Shown: piece by piece, positions 52,820-64,000 of the stretch | How the letters are laid out: every line of letters begins with the position of its first letter | How positions within the stretch are numbered: position 1 is the stretch's first letter | DNA from: Flaccisagitta enflata | Lineage: Eukaryota | Direction: 5' to 3' | Length of the DNA: 64,000 nt | Assembly: GCA_965153355.1 (NCBI GenBank) | Contig: OZ231126.1 | Location: 38,874,001 to 38,938,000, forward strand | Notes under the pieces: generated by a model | The model's database searches: none | What the model was told of the DNA's origin: nothing | Seen by the model: only the letters and a program-made list of their open reading frames with translations | Made by a program: the position numbers and the translations under genes

Positions 52820-52963
52820 CATCTGCCCAGGGACCACCATTAGGAAATCCCATGATTTATTACTTCAAACCTGGGGAGTGGAATATGATAAGAACAGAGA
52901 CTGAAGGGTAAAGAAAGGTGGAAATATGGCTGCAGAGAAAAATGGAATGGTACTCAAAGAGCA

Positions 52964-53469
52964 CAGTCAGTGGACAAAACAAAATAGGTAGTGAGCTGAC
53001 TCTGTTGGCTTTGATCCAACTTACTGTTATCAAACAGCAGGCTGTAAACAATAACTGGTTGTAAAAATTACAGCCGGCTGTCATGCTACAAAGTCGGCCA
53101 AAATCTAACTTTCACCAAATAGAACGAGACCTGCAAATTCATAATCCTGGTGAAATTCTGACAAGTTTGATATGTCATAATAAATCTTTTTATCAATGTT
53201 TGATAAAGTTATAATACAATGTTTAAAGATTATTTCTTATAAAAAGTGTTAAGTGTGACATGTCAAACTTCTCAGAATTTTATCAGGATTATGAATATGC
53301 TAGTCACGTTCTATTCTATTTAGGTTGGATTTTTGCCAACTTTGTAAGATAAAAGCCGGCTGTAATTTTCACAACCAGTTATTGTTTACAGCCTGCTGTT
53401 TGATAACAGTAAATTGGATCAAAGCCAACAGAGTGAGCTCTCTACCTATTTTGTTTTGTCCACTGACTG
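52964..53469. mobile_element. Palindromic MITE (CAGTCAGTGGACAAAAC family)
   Basis: cagtcagtggacaaaacaaaataggtag / ctacctattttgttttgtccactgactg; no clean TSD seen. Confidence 0.85.
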
Positions 53470-53488
53470 AGAATGCCTCGCCCATGTA

Positions 53489-53845
53489 CAGTACGCCGAT
53501 TGCATCCCGGGACTTTGCTTAATCGCTCTCATGCGCCCCTTCATAATGTGACACTCACAATTTTATTTCAAACGAGCCAATGTGCAGCTTTCTAGCTTGG
53601 TGGGAACCTTTTTTAGGGCCTGTTTAAAGTTTACATTAAAACTAATGGGAAAAAATCCCCTTAAGAATCCCCTTAAGAAAATAAGTTACTTTTATTTTCA
53701 TTGTTAATTTCAAATCTACCCTAAAAAAGGTTCCCATCAAGCTAGAAAGCTGCGCATTGGCTTGTTTGAAATAAAATCGTGTCACATTACAAAGGGGGCG
53801 CATGAGAGCGATTCAGCTAAGTCCCGGGATGCAATCGGCGTAATG
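53489..53845. mobile_element. Palindromic Tc1/mariner-type MITE
   Basis: TA|CAGTACGCCGATTGCATCCCGGGAC ... GTCCCGGGATGCAATCGGCGTAATG|TA. Confidence 0.88.
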
Positions 53846-54901
53846 TACAGTCTTGGCTGCAGCACCGACATAGATCTTACATGTTTATCTCACGGTTGAG
53901 TAAGAAATATCTGACTCTTTTGCTAAGGATTAGATCTTCAAAACGAAAATTTGATCAATTGATAAATGGCTGATTTCTTGCTGGAGTTGGCGCCAATATC
54001 AAAAAGCCGTCAAACGCTTATTTAACAAAAACAAGGCCATCACCTATCAGTCGCATAATGATCATAGAAAAACACTTATTACTTTTTTAACTATTCTAAA
54101 TCCCTTAAACGCTTTTCAACTATTTTAACCCTATTTTAAAACTATCTTTCAACCCTTCTTGACCCTTTTAAACCTTTTTTAAAACTCTTTATGACAACAA
54201 TTTTTCGAATTTAACAGATTTTACCTTTTCAAAAAAAAGCATAAGATTCTTATCATTATTTACCTCTTTTTGACACATTGTAGGAATTTTAGACCTCTAA
54301 TCCTACCTTTTTTTACAAAACAAGCCCGACCGGGCAACGATGTGTCCTGACCGTGTCACTGTGTGGGGTGAATCTCATGATGACGATCATGATGACCACG
54401 ACATTGACGGAGAATTTGAGTGAGGGTAAGGGAGTGCGAGGGCGAGAGCGAGGGCGAGATGCAGAATTGCAGATGGAGAGAGCTTTTCCTTTCATGTGTG
54501 ACATCCCTGCGGTTGAAACGTGTGAAGAAATGCAGAAGGACGGACAGGCAGATAGACGGACGCATGGACAAATCCTCTGATAGAGATGCATTCCTGGCGG
54601 ACACATATTAAAAAGTAAAATTGACTGAATGACAGACAAACCAACAAACTGACAGAGGAACAGACAGACAAACCCACTGACCGACGGAACGACGGACCAT
54701 CAGGCACAGCGGGTTATAGAGTACTGCGGCACGCGACTTAAAGTTAAAAAAAACATTCATGAGTACTGGTTAATAAAAATTCAGAGGAAGAAAGAATGTA
54801 TTCGGAGGGGAAAATCAAAAGGGGACAATCTCACAATATAAACAAGGCCGGATACACGGCTACTCTAGTCGCGTGTGGGTGGGCAGGAGCAGTGCTGGAG
54901 A

Positions 54902-55406
54902 AGTAATATAATTGTGTTATGCATAAATGAAGACCCCTGGATGAATAGAGATGTCCCTGATATCAATCATGTACAGATGTAATTAAGATGTCATTGTGCA
55001 AGGTAAAGTCCTTGGTGTAAATGGGTAAGAGGTGAACTATATCAAAAACCACCTATGATATGTCCTTGATAATAATGGTTTTGTGCTGAAGGACAAGGCA
55101 CGTGGCTCACGAGCCCAACCTCCTCTTTCCTCTTCCTCATCATTGCTGTTATTAAACTGTTTGCTGTAGTGAGGGTATATAAGTGAGGATGATCCAGCCT
55201 CTGTACATTCATTCATTTTGGACCGTCATCCTCCAACTAATCCATCATACTCTGGGCCCTGAAACCTTTCTTGGATAGAAGGTAACTGATATTTGACAAT
55301 AAATACTGCCGTGTCTTTAATCATTAGTAATTATTAGCAATAATTAAGATACCATAGCAATCAGTAATAGGAGTAACTCAAGCCAGCTAATTTAGCCCTT
55401 TTTACT
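54902..55406 (+). mobile_element. Putative 5' LTR (505 bp) of a Ty3/gypsy-like element
   Basis: Begins where a family A HINE (54841-54901) is cut off; inverted termini AGTAA...TTACT; TATATAAG at about 55176, AATAAA at 55298; immediately followed by a TGG-initiated PBS. The second LTR is not in the window. Confidence 0.75.
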
Positions 55407-55417
55407 TGGCGGCAGCG
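55407..55417 (+). promoter_or_regulatory. Primer-binding site TGGCGGCAGCG
   Basis: TGG complementary to tRNA CCA, directly after the LTR end; resembles a tRNA-Leu-type PBS (TGGTGGCAGCG) with one mismatch; primer identity not established. Confidence 0.7.
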
Positions 55418-55525
55418 AAAATTCGATTTATAGCTTTTATTATTTGATTTAATTGTCATTATTGGTCTGTCCTTTATTTCCTTGGGGGTGTAAGGGCCAT
55501 ACTCGAACTTCCAGCCGCTTGAACA

Positions 55526-58156
55526 ATGGCGACGGGCGACGATGATCCGGAGAAGAACAAGACTCCCTCCAACCGTCAACCTCCAGATAAGCGAATGTTC
55601 AACAGCGCAAATAATTTGGACAATTGTCCCCAATACCATAACATTGGGTTAGACATAGTACGCACTCAATCGGTGCCACATAATCTTCATGCCATACATC
55701 AAAACATAATGGCAAACGGCACTTTTGGATTGGCACGTCCTCAATCGCATGATATGTTAAATCCATTTGCATTCATGCCTATTAGAGAAGAAAATAAAAG
55801 ATCAGACGAAGATAACGGAGAAATAGAGGCTCAAGATTTGCCATCTCGATCTAGGCCTCATGGTATTAATCCCTTACCACCAATACCATTTGAGATCCAT
55901 CTAGACGAATCTACAACTGAAGCAAGAGCATCTGCTTCGGCGTCTCAGCTCCAACAAGGAGCGAAGCCACAATCGGGAATGATGCTGGGTAGTCACGCTA
56001 CTCAGTCGTCACGTGGTGAGAAGCCTGAAGAACGAGCGCACGTTTCCTCTGTGGATAAAGTGGGCGACAATCGTGGTCTCAATTTCAACGACGATACCGG
56101 GAACGTTTCGGCGAATGAAGCGGGAGGCGATAATGTGGCTACCGCTGACGACAATCCAGAAGAGAAAACGTCATCACTTGGGAGAAAAATAAAGTCTCTT
56201 TTTACGAAGAAGGAGCGGCCTCCGTCTTCCTCATCTCGATTGGCCACCGGGTTGAACGAATTCGACGCAAGCTCCATTACAACTTCAACGCCAAAGATTA
56301 CAACGGTAAATGGAAAGAGACTGAAGGGAATGGCGCATATTTTTCAAATAAGAAATCACCATGGATACCGTCTGAAGGATTTTCAAAATCGAATTAGTGC
56401 TTACATACCTTGGAGAGGTTTTACCGAAGACATTGATAGAAAATTTACTAAATTTGATTCACCAGACACTGAAAAATTGAACTTTGTTTATAGTAAATTG
56501 GGTGACTTAGCCTCACCCATTGATGAGAATGGTGAATACTATATTTTTGCCGTAAAACAATATTTAAAGGTATCAATGTGTGAAACGTGTAAAAAGGATA
56601 AAAAATGCCAAGAAGATCACCACTTGCAAGCTCTTATAAATAACATTGATTTTTGTAAAAACATTGATAGAGAGATCACTACTCGTGACATTGATATCAC
56701 TCGTGATTTTCACTTAGTATGTACGAATCCACTACCTATTTTCAATAAACATAATCAAAGTAATGAAAATTTAGTAGTGCCTAATCTGATTGTTGTACCA
56801 AGTCACGATAGCATGGCACGAGTGCTTACATTTACAAAGATGAATCTGGATGATGAATCTTTTCATGCAATGAATAAGAACTTTTTTCCGTTGGGAGAAT
56901 TAACTGGTGACCCAACCAATGGATTTCAATTTAGACTTTTAGAAAAAGCCCCTGAAGGCTCCGTGATTATTCGAATCTGTCTCATTCTTAATCATTTAGA
57001 AACTGACATTTTTCAAGCTTTAGAATCACTTATGACCTCTGGTGAACCAAGAGAGATAATATCTGATGGCGTTTTGGTTCAAACTGTTCGACATTCTACT
57101 TATGCTCTCTTCTGTTTATTTAAAAATCTTAGACTTAAGAGAAATGTTGAACTAGATTCCGTCTTTGAATTTCGTCATTTAAGCATGAAATTTTTCAGTG
57201 GTGATGAATTAGGAAGAGTTAAAAGCTCACTTATCCCCTTTGGGTTAATAGCCATGTTTGTAAGACTTCACGTTGAGTCTCAGATTGATTTTGCAAAATT
57301 AAGATTAATTAATATAATCACAGAAAAACCAAACGAAGAGTTGGTTTTGGAAGGAAGTAACATATTCTTAAAAAATGATGAAAATCGCAGTCTCGTCAGG
57401 CTGGTGAACAGTGTTCATTTTCCTCCTCTGAACATGGAGATTAACTCGGTTTTGGGTGAATTCTATTTGAATATTTCCAAAGTTCTAAATACGTTGAAAA
57501 CGTCAGATTTGGTTGAAATGGGTTTGCCCAATGATGTTTGTCATCGTTTAAACGTGTTGGTTCAGTCTGAGGAAGACCAGTTTTTGAGAGACCGTGGTTT
57601 GTTCATAAATGAAACTGACTCCGTTCAGGAAATGGTACTTGATATGTTTCGCGATAAAAAAACAGAAGAATTTGTCTGTCCGACTCCTTTACCCTTTAAC
57701 ATTTTTCATGATTCTCAAAGGGACCGTAATTTTGATGGAAGCTTTGAATTGCCAGATTTTGAAATAAAAAGAATAAACAAAGTAGACCAAAATATACAAA
57801 AGGGCGATTCTGGGGGTGCAAATAAACATGTGTCTCAGTTAAATGTGATTGCGCCTGCTTCAGTTGTAAATGAGGGGTCAAACGTGAGACAAAATGAAGA
57901 TGTTTACCCTGTTAAACAGAAAAGGGTTGGGTTGAAAGAAAGAGTGATGACTGGTCAGGCTGAATTAACGCTACCTCCACCTTCACTGCCTGCAACCACT
58001 CAGTCAAGCAGCCTGCCTCCAGTCAGCAATGTAAATTCAACCTCACATTTCAGTCATGCACCTCACTCACATTTTTCTAAACCAATGCCTCAATGTGATT
58101 TGTCGGATTCAAATAAAAGTGAATCAAGGCTGAATGATGAGCCACCCATACACTAA
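55526..58156 (+). CDS. 876-aa ORF of unknown function inside the LTR element
   Basis: Long non-repetitive ATG-initiated ORF about 110 bp after the PBS; disordered-looking N- and C-termini around a globular-looking core; C-x2-C-x5-C-x3-H motif (CETCKKDKKCQEDH). No family recognised. Confidence 0.8.
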   Translation: MATGDDDPEKNKTPSNRQPPDKRMFNSANNLDNCPQYHNIGLDIVRTQSVPHNLHAIHQNIMANGTFGLARPQSHDMLNPFAFMPIREENKRSDEDNGEIEAQDLPSRSRPHGINPLPPIPFEIHLDESTTEARASASASQLQQGAKPQSGMMLGSHATQSSRGEKPEERAHVSSVDKVGDNRGLNFNDDTGNVSANEAGGDNVATADDNPEEKTSSLGRKIKSLFTKKERPPSSSSRLATGLNEFDASSITTSTPKITTVNGKRLKGMAHIFQIRNHHGYRLKDFQNRISAYIPWRGFTEDIDRKFTKFDSPDTEKLNFVYSKLGDLASPIDENGEYYIFAVKQYLKVSMCETCKKDKKCQEDHHLQALINNIDFCKNIDREITTRDIDITRDFHLVCTNPLPIFNKHNQSNENLVVPNLIVVPSHDSMARVLTFTKMNLDDESFHAMNKNFFPLGELTGDPTNGFQFRLLEKAPEGSVIIRICLILNHLETDIFQALESLMTSGEPREIISDGVLVQTVRHSTYALFCLFKNLRLKRNVELDSVFEFRHLSMKFFSGDELGRVKSSLIPFGLIAMFVRLHVESQIDFAKLRLINIITEKPNEELVLEGSNIFLKNDENRSLVRLVNSVHFPPLNMEINSVLGEFYLNISKVLNTLKTSDLVEMGLPNDVCHRLNVLVQSEEDQFLRDRGLFINETDSVQEMVLDMFRDKKTEEFVCPTPLPFNIFHDSQRDRNFDGSFELPDFEIKRINKVDQNIQKGDSGGANKHVSQLNVIAPASVVNEGSNVRQNEDVYPVKQKRVGLKERVMTGQAELTLPPPSLPATTQSSSLPPVSNVNSTSHFSHAPHSHFSKPMPQCDLSDSNKSESRLNDEPPIH

Positions 58157-58718
58157 GGGCGTTTTTTTAGTAATATGGCGAATAAACAATGAATTTTTTA
58201 TTTCAATTTTTGACTGATAGATCTATAGATAGGTCTTATGGAAAGTGATCCACACCAGTTTTGAACAATTCTTTATCTTGTATTGCCCAGAAAGTTACTT
58301 TAAGTAATGTTTTCCTCTTTACATCATTACTGAGACAGAAAAAAAATCCATTGCCGCCTTTTGCCATGGAAAGACTAGGCTCTATCTGTAGCTATGGCGA
58401 TAACGATTCTAGGTTCAAAATCTGAAGATACACTTTTTATCACTTTAGGAGTTATAGCACATGGAAAAAAGTTGCAATATCTGCTCATTGCATTATGGAA
58501 ATCCATCATCGCATCTTTCATCGAATTTTTCCCTTAAAAAACGGGACCAAAATGCAGCTGAGGAACAGCAGAGACAGCTGAGAGGCAGGAGAAGCTGCAG
58601 GGGAGTGAGAGTTTTTTGTTTTCATTGCACTTTTTGGCAATCAGAAGAGGCGGCCTCTTTGTGCAAAAGTGTAAACCATTGCTCTCACAGACTCCAGACA
58701 GATGGTACAGACGGGTAA

Positions 58719-59998
58719 GCATGCCCTATTTTCCAGTGTGCCATATATTCTTCACCAGCAAAAGATTCATCAAATGATGCTCCTGTTAATAATGAGATCA
58801 AAGGCAAGGTCAAAATATCGTTGCCACCAACGGAGCATTTGATTGAAAAGGTTTCAAGTATGACAGGTGAAGGAGAATGTAACGATTTTGATAAAAATCG
58901 AAATTTGGGTGAGAAATTGAAGGATCAAGGACAATTTGGTGATAAAAACAACATGTCCAAGGACAACATTGATCCATCAACTCGAGGTGCTCACTACATA
59001 TCCCCTGCTCAGTTGAGATCAAACGCGATTTTCGAGTTCAAGGATCTTGATAAAAACGCAAGTAAATTAAAAGGACAGGGGGCGCGTCAGAAAGATAAAA
59101 ACAAGAGTCATAGCAAAACATGTCAAGGAGGCATACTTAGAAATAAGAAAGACATCCATCCAAATTACGACGATCTGAATGGGATAATTGATAGCAAGAA
59201 CAAAATTAAAAATGATAAAGAGTTCTTGAATACTACTTTCACTAAGGGTGATGAACGGAGGACCAGATATAACAAGGCCATTGATGATAAAAAGTCAAAA
59301 ATCACGATGGACCGTGAACTTAGGAACGCGATGCGTCCTAGTGACAATCTCCCAATCTATGATAAAAGCAAAAAGTCAGAACTTTCAAAGATTGAAAAAA
59401 GTTTTAAAACGCATACAAATGATCTTTATTCCATCTGTAAAGAAAACAAGCAAAGTACAAAAACGAATTTTGATCATTCCATAAATAAAGATATACGTGA
59501 TAGAAACATGACTTATGCAAATCAGATCAATCATCGCCGCAGCTCTAGCCAGAACATGGTGTTTGGCAGTGGCCTTTGCCCTAATAACCATCAATTGAAA
59601 CCTGATCATGGGCCATTTGACTGCAATCTTTGTCACAAGCATTTTGATAATCACAAATGTTACATTTGTGAAAGTTGTGGCTATGAATTATGTTCATCTT
59701 GTTATGAGCCATTGAATTCTGGAAAAAAGTGGAAACCACGTGATAATGGCTCGAAACGCGCTCAGAGACGCCGGAAAAGCTCAAGTGAAGAAGATTCTGA
59801 AGATGACAAACAAAAGGGGCACAAACGTCACCATGGTAACCGACGTCGAAAAAATCGTAAGAATGACGGTGATGATGGTGATAGCAGTGACAATGGTGAC
59901 AGTGACAGTCATAATGGAGATGACAGAGGTCAAAACGGTGATAATAGAACCAGAAGAGCAGAGAGGAATGATGATGATGATGATGACGACCATCATGG

Positions 59999-60030
<32 letters not shown>

Positions 60031-61367
60031 GTGACGGTGATAGTAGTTATGATTATTACCGTGATAGTGACTCAGATAATGGGCAGAGAAAAAGAAGAAA
60101 TCGTGGTTACAATGCTGCCTTTAGCCGTCGTGTGCGCAGAAAGCAAAACAAGTTGAAGCAGAGAAAAAATCTTCTTGAATATCGTCAGCGCCTGATGGGA
60201 CCACTGAAAAAGTACAGTGTTACTGATGATTTTCAAATTTTCTATGACGACTTTCTGTTAAGAGTCAAATTCTTTCAACTACAGCCGTATGAAGCACGCA
60301 TCTATCTTATCACGCACATTCAAGACGAATTCATCAAGTCACAAATTCAACACATATTAAAAAATCATCCCGGAGCGTCACTTGACACACTTGGCACCCA
60401 CATTTGCATCGCACTAGGTGTGAAAAGTAAAGAATTGGTCTCAGCCGAGGGAGCTGGAATATCGCGCAAGACAAATGAAAACATATTCTCTTATGCCTTA
60501 AGAACTAAGGATTATAAGAATAAAGAAGTAATGGGTTATGATAACCCTGAGCAAATAATTAACACTGATTATTTTGCCATGGACATCTTACGCACATTCC
60601 AACGCGGTTTGCGTTCAAAATGGATGGTGTCTCAAATCGAAAAGAAGTCGTGCAAAAATCTGGATGAAGCACTTATTGTCCTCAATAGCAGTATGGCAAA
60701 ACAATTGAGAATTGATCAGCTCACAGGAAAGGACGAAATTTCTCTAGAGACGGATAAAAATCTGTTTGTCAACCCAAAGTCGTCCCAATATTATGCAAAT
60801 AACATCAATGAAGGCGACTTGGATTGGGATGGGAATCCTCTAAATGGAGAGGTCAATGCCATTAGTGGCATGTGTCCTAACTGTGGAAATTCCACAGATA
60901 GCCATATACAGGGGAAGTGCAAAGCATATGGAGTTAAGTGTCACAAATGTGGACAATATAACCATTTCTCGAGATGCTGCCCAAAAAAGGTGAAAATGGT
61001 CACCCAAACTACACCTGCCCAAATGAGATATGCCAAAAAATCGGCAAGACGGCGTGAATTGGATAAAAAAATGGTCAATGCTGCCATAGAGGAATCTGAC
61101 AATGAATCAAGTGCATCTGATGATGGAATTGAAGGAAGCGTGAAGAATTGTGCGCCACTAAATGACACTGAAAGTGATTCCGATCCTGAAATTGTCAATG
61201 CCATCAGGAGACTGAGAAAAAAATTTGGTGCAAAGAAGTTTGAAAAGGAGCTCAGGAGAATAAATGTCATTGAAGAGTCAATTAACTCAATCGCGTCATT
61301 GCCTTTGTGCCCGCTCGCTCCCTTTCTCCTAACCGGAGTTACAGTGACGACGCAATTAACGGTCTGA
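58719..61367 (+). CDS. Gag-like ORF with extra Cys/His finger, acidic/basic low-complexity linker, capsid-like region and double zinc knuckle
   Basis: Frame is open from 58719 (first ATG at 58860); CPNCGNSTDSHIQGKCKAYGVKCHKCGQYNHFSRC at 60873-60977 has the two-knuckle spacing of Mag-type gypsy Gag; RKTNENIFSYALR...FQRGLRS resembles the retrotransposon gag major-homology region. Confidence 0.8.
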
Positions 61368-61904
61368 AATAATTTATTAGCAATCATTAGTAATCAGTGG
61401 TAACTTAGGCAATGAGCACAGTAATAATTAGTGGCAATCATAAGTACACCAATTTACATCTTTGCAAGGCTTAGTACCTGAAACTTCAACTCATTTCGGC
61501 ATTCAGGGAACCAGAGGGTAAGTAATGCTAATCAATTCATCATTAATCTGCAAAGGATGGAAAAAGAGTAACATTAGTAGGCTTATTTACTCCTAATCGC
61601 GAATAAACAATGAGAGCGAAGGAATAAAGACGAGCGAATGGACTAAACAGCAGGTAAACGCTCTTATAAGGAAATTCTCATGGCATGTATCATGAATCCC
61701 AGCTCAGCTTCCGTTCAATTCGAAGCGGTGAACTACTAATAGAGGGCGTTGCTAAAAGGGTAAGTTTTAAGGGCAAAGTAAGGTCTTAAAACAAATGAAC
61801 AGTGCTTGCTCACGCGAGCCCGCACACCCCCCACCTGGACTGTAAAACATGTCCAGCACAAGCATGAGAAATCGTAAGCGCAAGCTTGAAAAATTGTAAG
61901 CGCA

Positions 61905-62586
61905 AGCTTGAAAGCGTGAAAGCCAAAGGCCAAACTTGAAAGCGTGAAAGCCAAAGGCCAAACTTGAAAGCGTGAAAGCCAAAGGCCAAACTTGAAAGCA
62001 TGAAAGCCATAGGCCAAACTTGAAAGCGTGAAAGCAAAAGGCCAAACTTGAAAGCGTGAAAGCAAAAGGCCAAACTTGAAAGCGTGAAAGCAAAAGGCCA
62101 AACTTGAAAGCGTGAAAGCAAAAGGCCAAACTTGAAAGCATGAAAGCAAATAGCCAAACTTGAAAGCATGAAAGCAAAAGGCCAAACTTGAAAGCATGAA
62201 AGCAAAAGGCCAAACTTGAAAGCATGAAAGCAAAAGGCCAAACTTGAAAGCGTGAAAGCAAAAGGCCAAACTTGAAAGCGTGAAAGCAAAAGGCCAAACT
62301 TGAAAACATGAAAGCAAAAGGCCAAACTTGAAAGCATGAAAGCAAAAGGCCAAACTTGAAAGCGTGAAAGCAAAAGGCCAAACTTAAAGCGTGGAAGCAA
62401 AAGGCCAAACTTGAAAGCATGAAAACAAAAGGCCAAACTTGAAAGCATGAAAGCAAAAGGCCAAACTTGAAAGCATGAAAGCAAAAGGCCAAACTTGAAA
62501 GCATGAATGCAAAAGGCCAAACTTGAAGCCATGAATGCAAAAGGCTAAACTTGAAAGCATGAATGCAAAAGGCCAAACTTGAAAGC
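61905..62586. repeat. 28-bp tandem array (gccaaacttgaaagcRtgaaagcaaaag), about 24 units
   Basis: Period 28 (62041 to 62069); highly homogeneous. Confidence 0.97.
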
Positions 62587-63649
62587 TAGAGCATCGCAAT
62601 GCCTGAAATAACTCTCTTTATCTTATCAAATGTTTTGGGGAATTAATTACCCATCCTACTTAAAAATGAAAAGATCGCGAGGAAAAGATTGGGGCAGTCA
62701 CGATATTAAAGAGGGGAAAATTCCGTTCAAACAAAAGAGAATTAACCAAATCAAAATCTTATACTTTAAAGTAGTTGACTCAAACTACTGTCAACAAGGA
62801 AAAGATGAATGTAAGCATCGTAAACTTGAGGGTAGTTGCTGACGCAAACTCTTTGTCAACAAGAGAGAATGTACATGAAATCTTAACTTGCTTATTTTCA
62901 TGAACGTTAGAAAAGCTTACAAGCATCATTAACTTCAGGGTGGTTGTTGATGCGCAAATCAACAATGGAAAAAAGCAATCGCAAATTAAATGTAGAAAAT
63001 TTAAGCACCTCTAACTTCATTGTGTAGTAGATGCAAAGAAAATGCTTGAAACTCAAAAATGGAAAAAGTAAGCGTCATTAATCGCAATGTAATTGTTAAC
63101 GCAAACAAAAACTTTTTCCCCTCCCACCCCCCACGTCCTTCATTCCATGTAAATCTAACCCAAAGAACCAATGCCCGACGGCGAGTTGCAGTTGGAGAGA
63201 GTAGGAAAAGGTCGAAGGAGCGGAGGTGTAGCAGAATCGTTGACGCGTAAACTCGTACAAGAGCAGCGTGCAGGAGCGTCGAATTGTATCGTATCATAGG
63301 GGCTTATCACTGAAGCCATATTTCTTATCATAGAGGGCGGGCTCTTCCATCACTAGAGCAACTTTCATTGAGACTTGACGCACTTTTACCGTCGGCAAAT
63401 TGAAAGAAGGAAAAATGCAAAATCAATGAGAGCATAAACTAACTGACGAGAAAGAGCTAAAAAGAGTGAGAGTATAAAGAGCAACAATGAAAATGTTATC
63501 ACTAAAATGCCGTCTTCTCTTCGTCGAATTGAGCGAAGCTGCCTAAGATAAGCATTGAACTCATTCTCACTTTTTCTTCCCTTCATGATGACGTAGCGTT
63601 GGTAACGTAATCGGAAGGCCCGTGACATCGTTGCCGCGGGAAAAGGCTT

Positions 63650-63972
63650 GGGGTGGCGGCCGGGAATCTTGTGGGGTGGCGGCCGGGAATCTTGTGGGGT
63701 GGCGGCCGGGAATCTTGTGGGGTGGCGGCCGGGAATCTCGTGGGGTGGCGGCCGGGAATCTCGTGGGGTAGCGGCCGAGAATATCGTAGCGTAGCGGCCG
63801 AGAATATCGTAGCGTAGCGGCCGAGAATATCGTAGCGTAGCGGCCGAGAATATCGTAGCGTAGCGGCCGAGAATATCGTAGCGTAGCGGCCGAGAATATC
63901 GTAGCGTAGCGGCCGAGAATATCGTAGCGTAGCGGCCGAGAATATCGTAGCGTAGCGGCCGGGAATCTCGTG
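63650..63972. repeat. 23-bp tandem array with two unit types
   Basis: ggggtggcggccgggaatctYgt (about 5 copies) then agcgtagcggccgagaatatcgt (about 8 copies). Confidence 0.95.
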
Positions 63973-64000
63973 ATTGTGGCCCGTAGAAGCATGGTTGTGG

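Noticed and set aside
58715-58736. 22-nt GT-AG mini-intron that would remove the in-frame TAA
   Set aside because: Too short for a typical animal intron, and its removal would shift the frame.
61736-62599. Hydrophobic minus-strand ORFs resembling membrane or env proteins
   Set aside because: Translations of the 28-bp array, identical in all three frames.

Overview
Repeat-dense animal (protostome-like invertebrate) genomic DNA; the species cannot be identified from the sequence. The only clear host gene is the 5' part of a minus-strand Cys-loop nicotinic acetylcholine receptor subunit (three exons, 8696->4356; no further exons were recognised in the window). The rest is mobile DNA and tandem repeats: three multi-kb foldback DNA transposons with readable 8-, 4- and 9-bp target-site duplications (TSDs), several palindromic MITEs, many DINE-1/HINE-like Helentron derivatives, a 5'-truncated Helentron ORF (PIF1 helicase, EEP endonuclease, papain-like protease), a CR1-type RT remnant, and 12/21/22/23/28/40-bp satellites. 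Two elements stand out. (1) An apparently complete 2.1-kb retroposon (14779-16913) that encodes only an intact LINE ORF1-like protein and ends in a (TTATA)n tail. (2) An LTR element starting at 54902 (AGTAA...TTACT LTR plus PBS) with an 876-aa ORF I cannot assign, followed by a Gag-like ORF with an extra zinc finger and no pol visible within the window. All family assignments rest on motif recognition by eye; no database searches were run.
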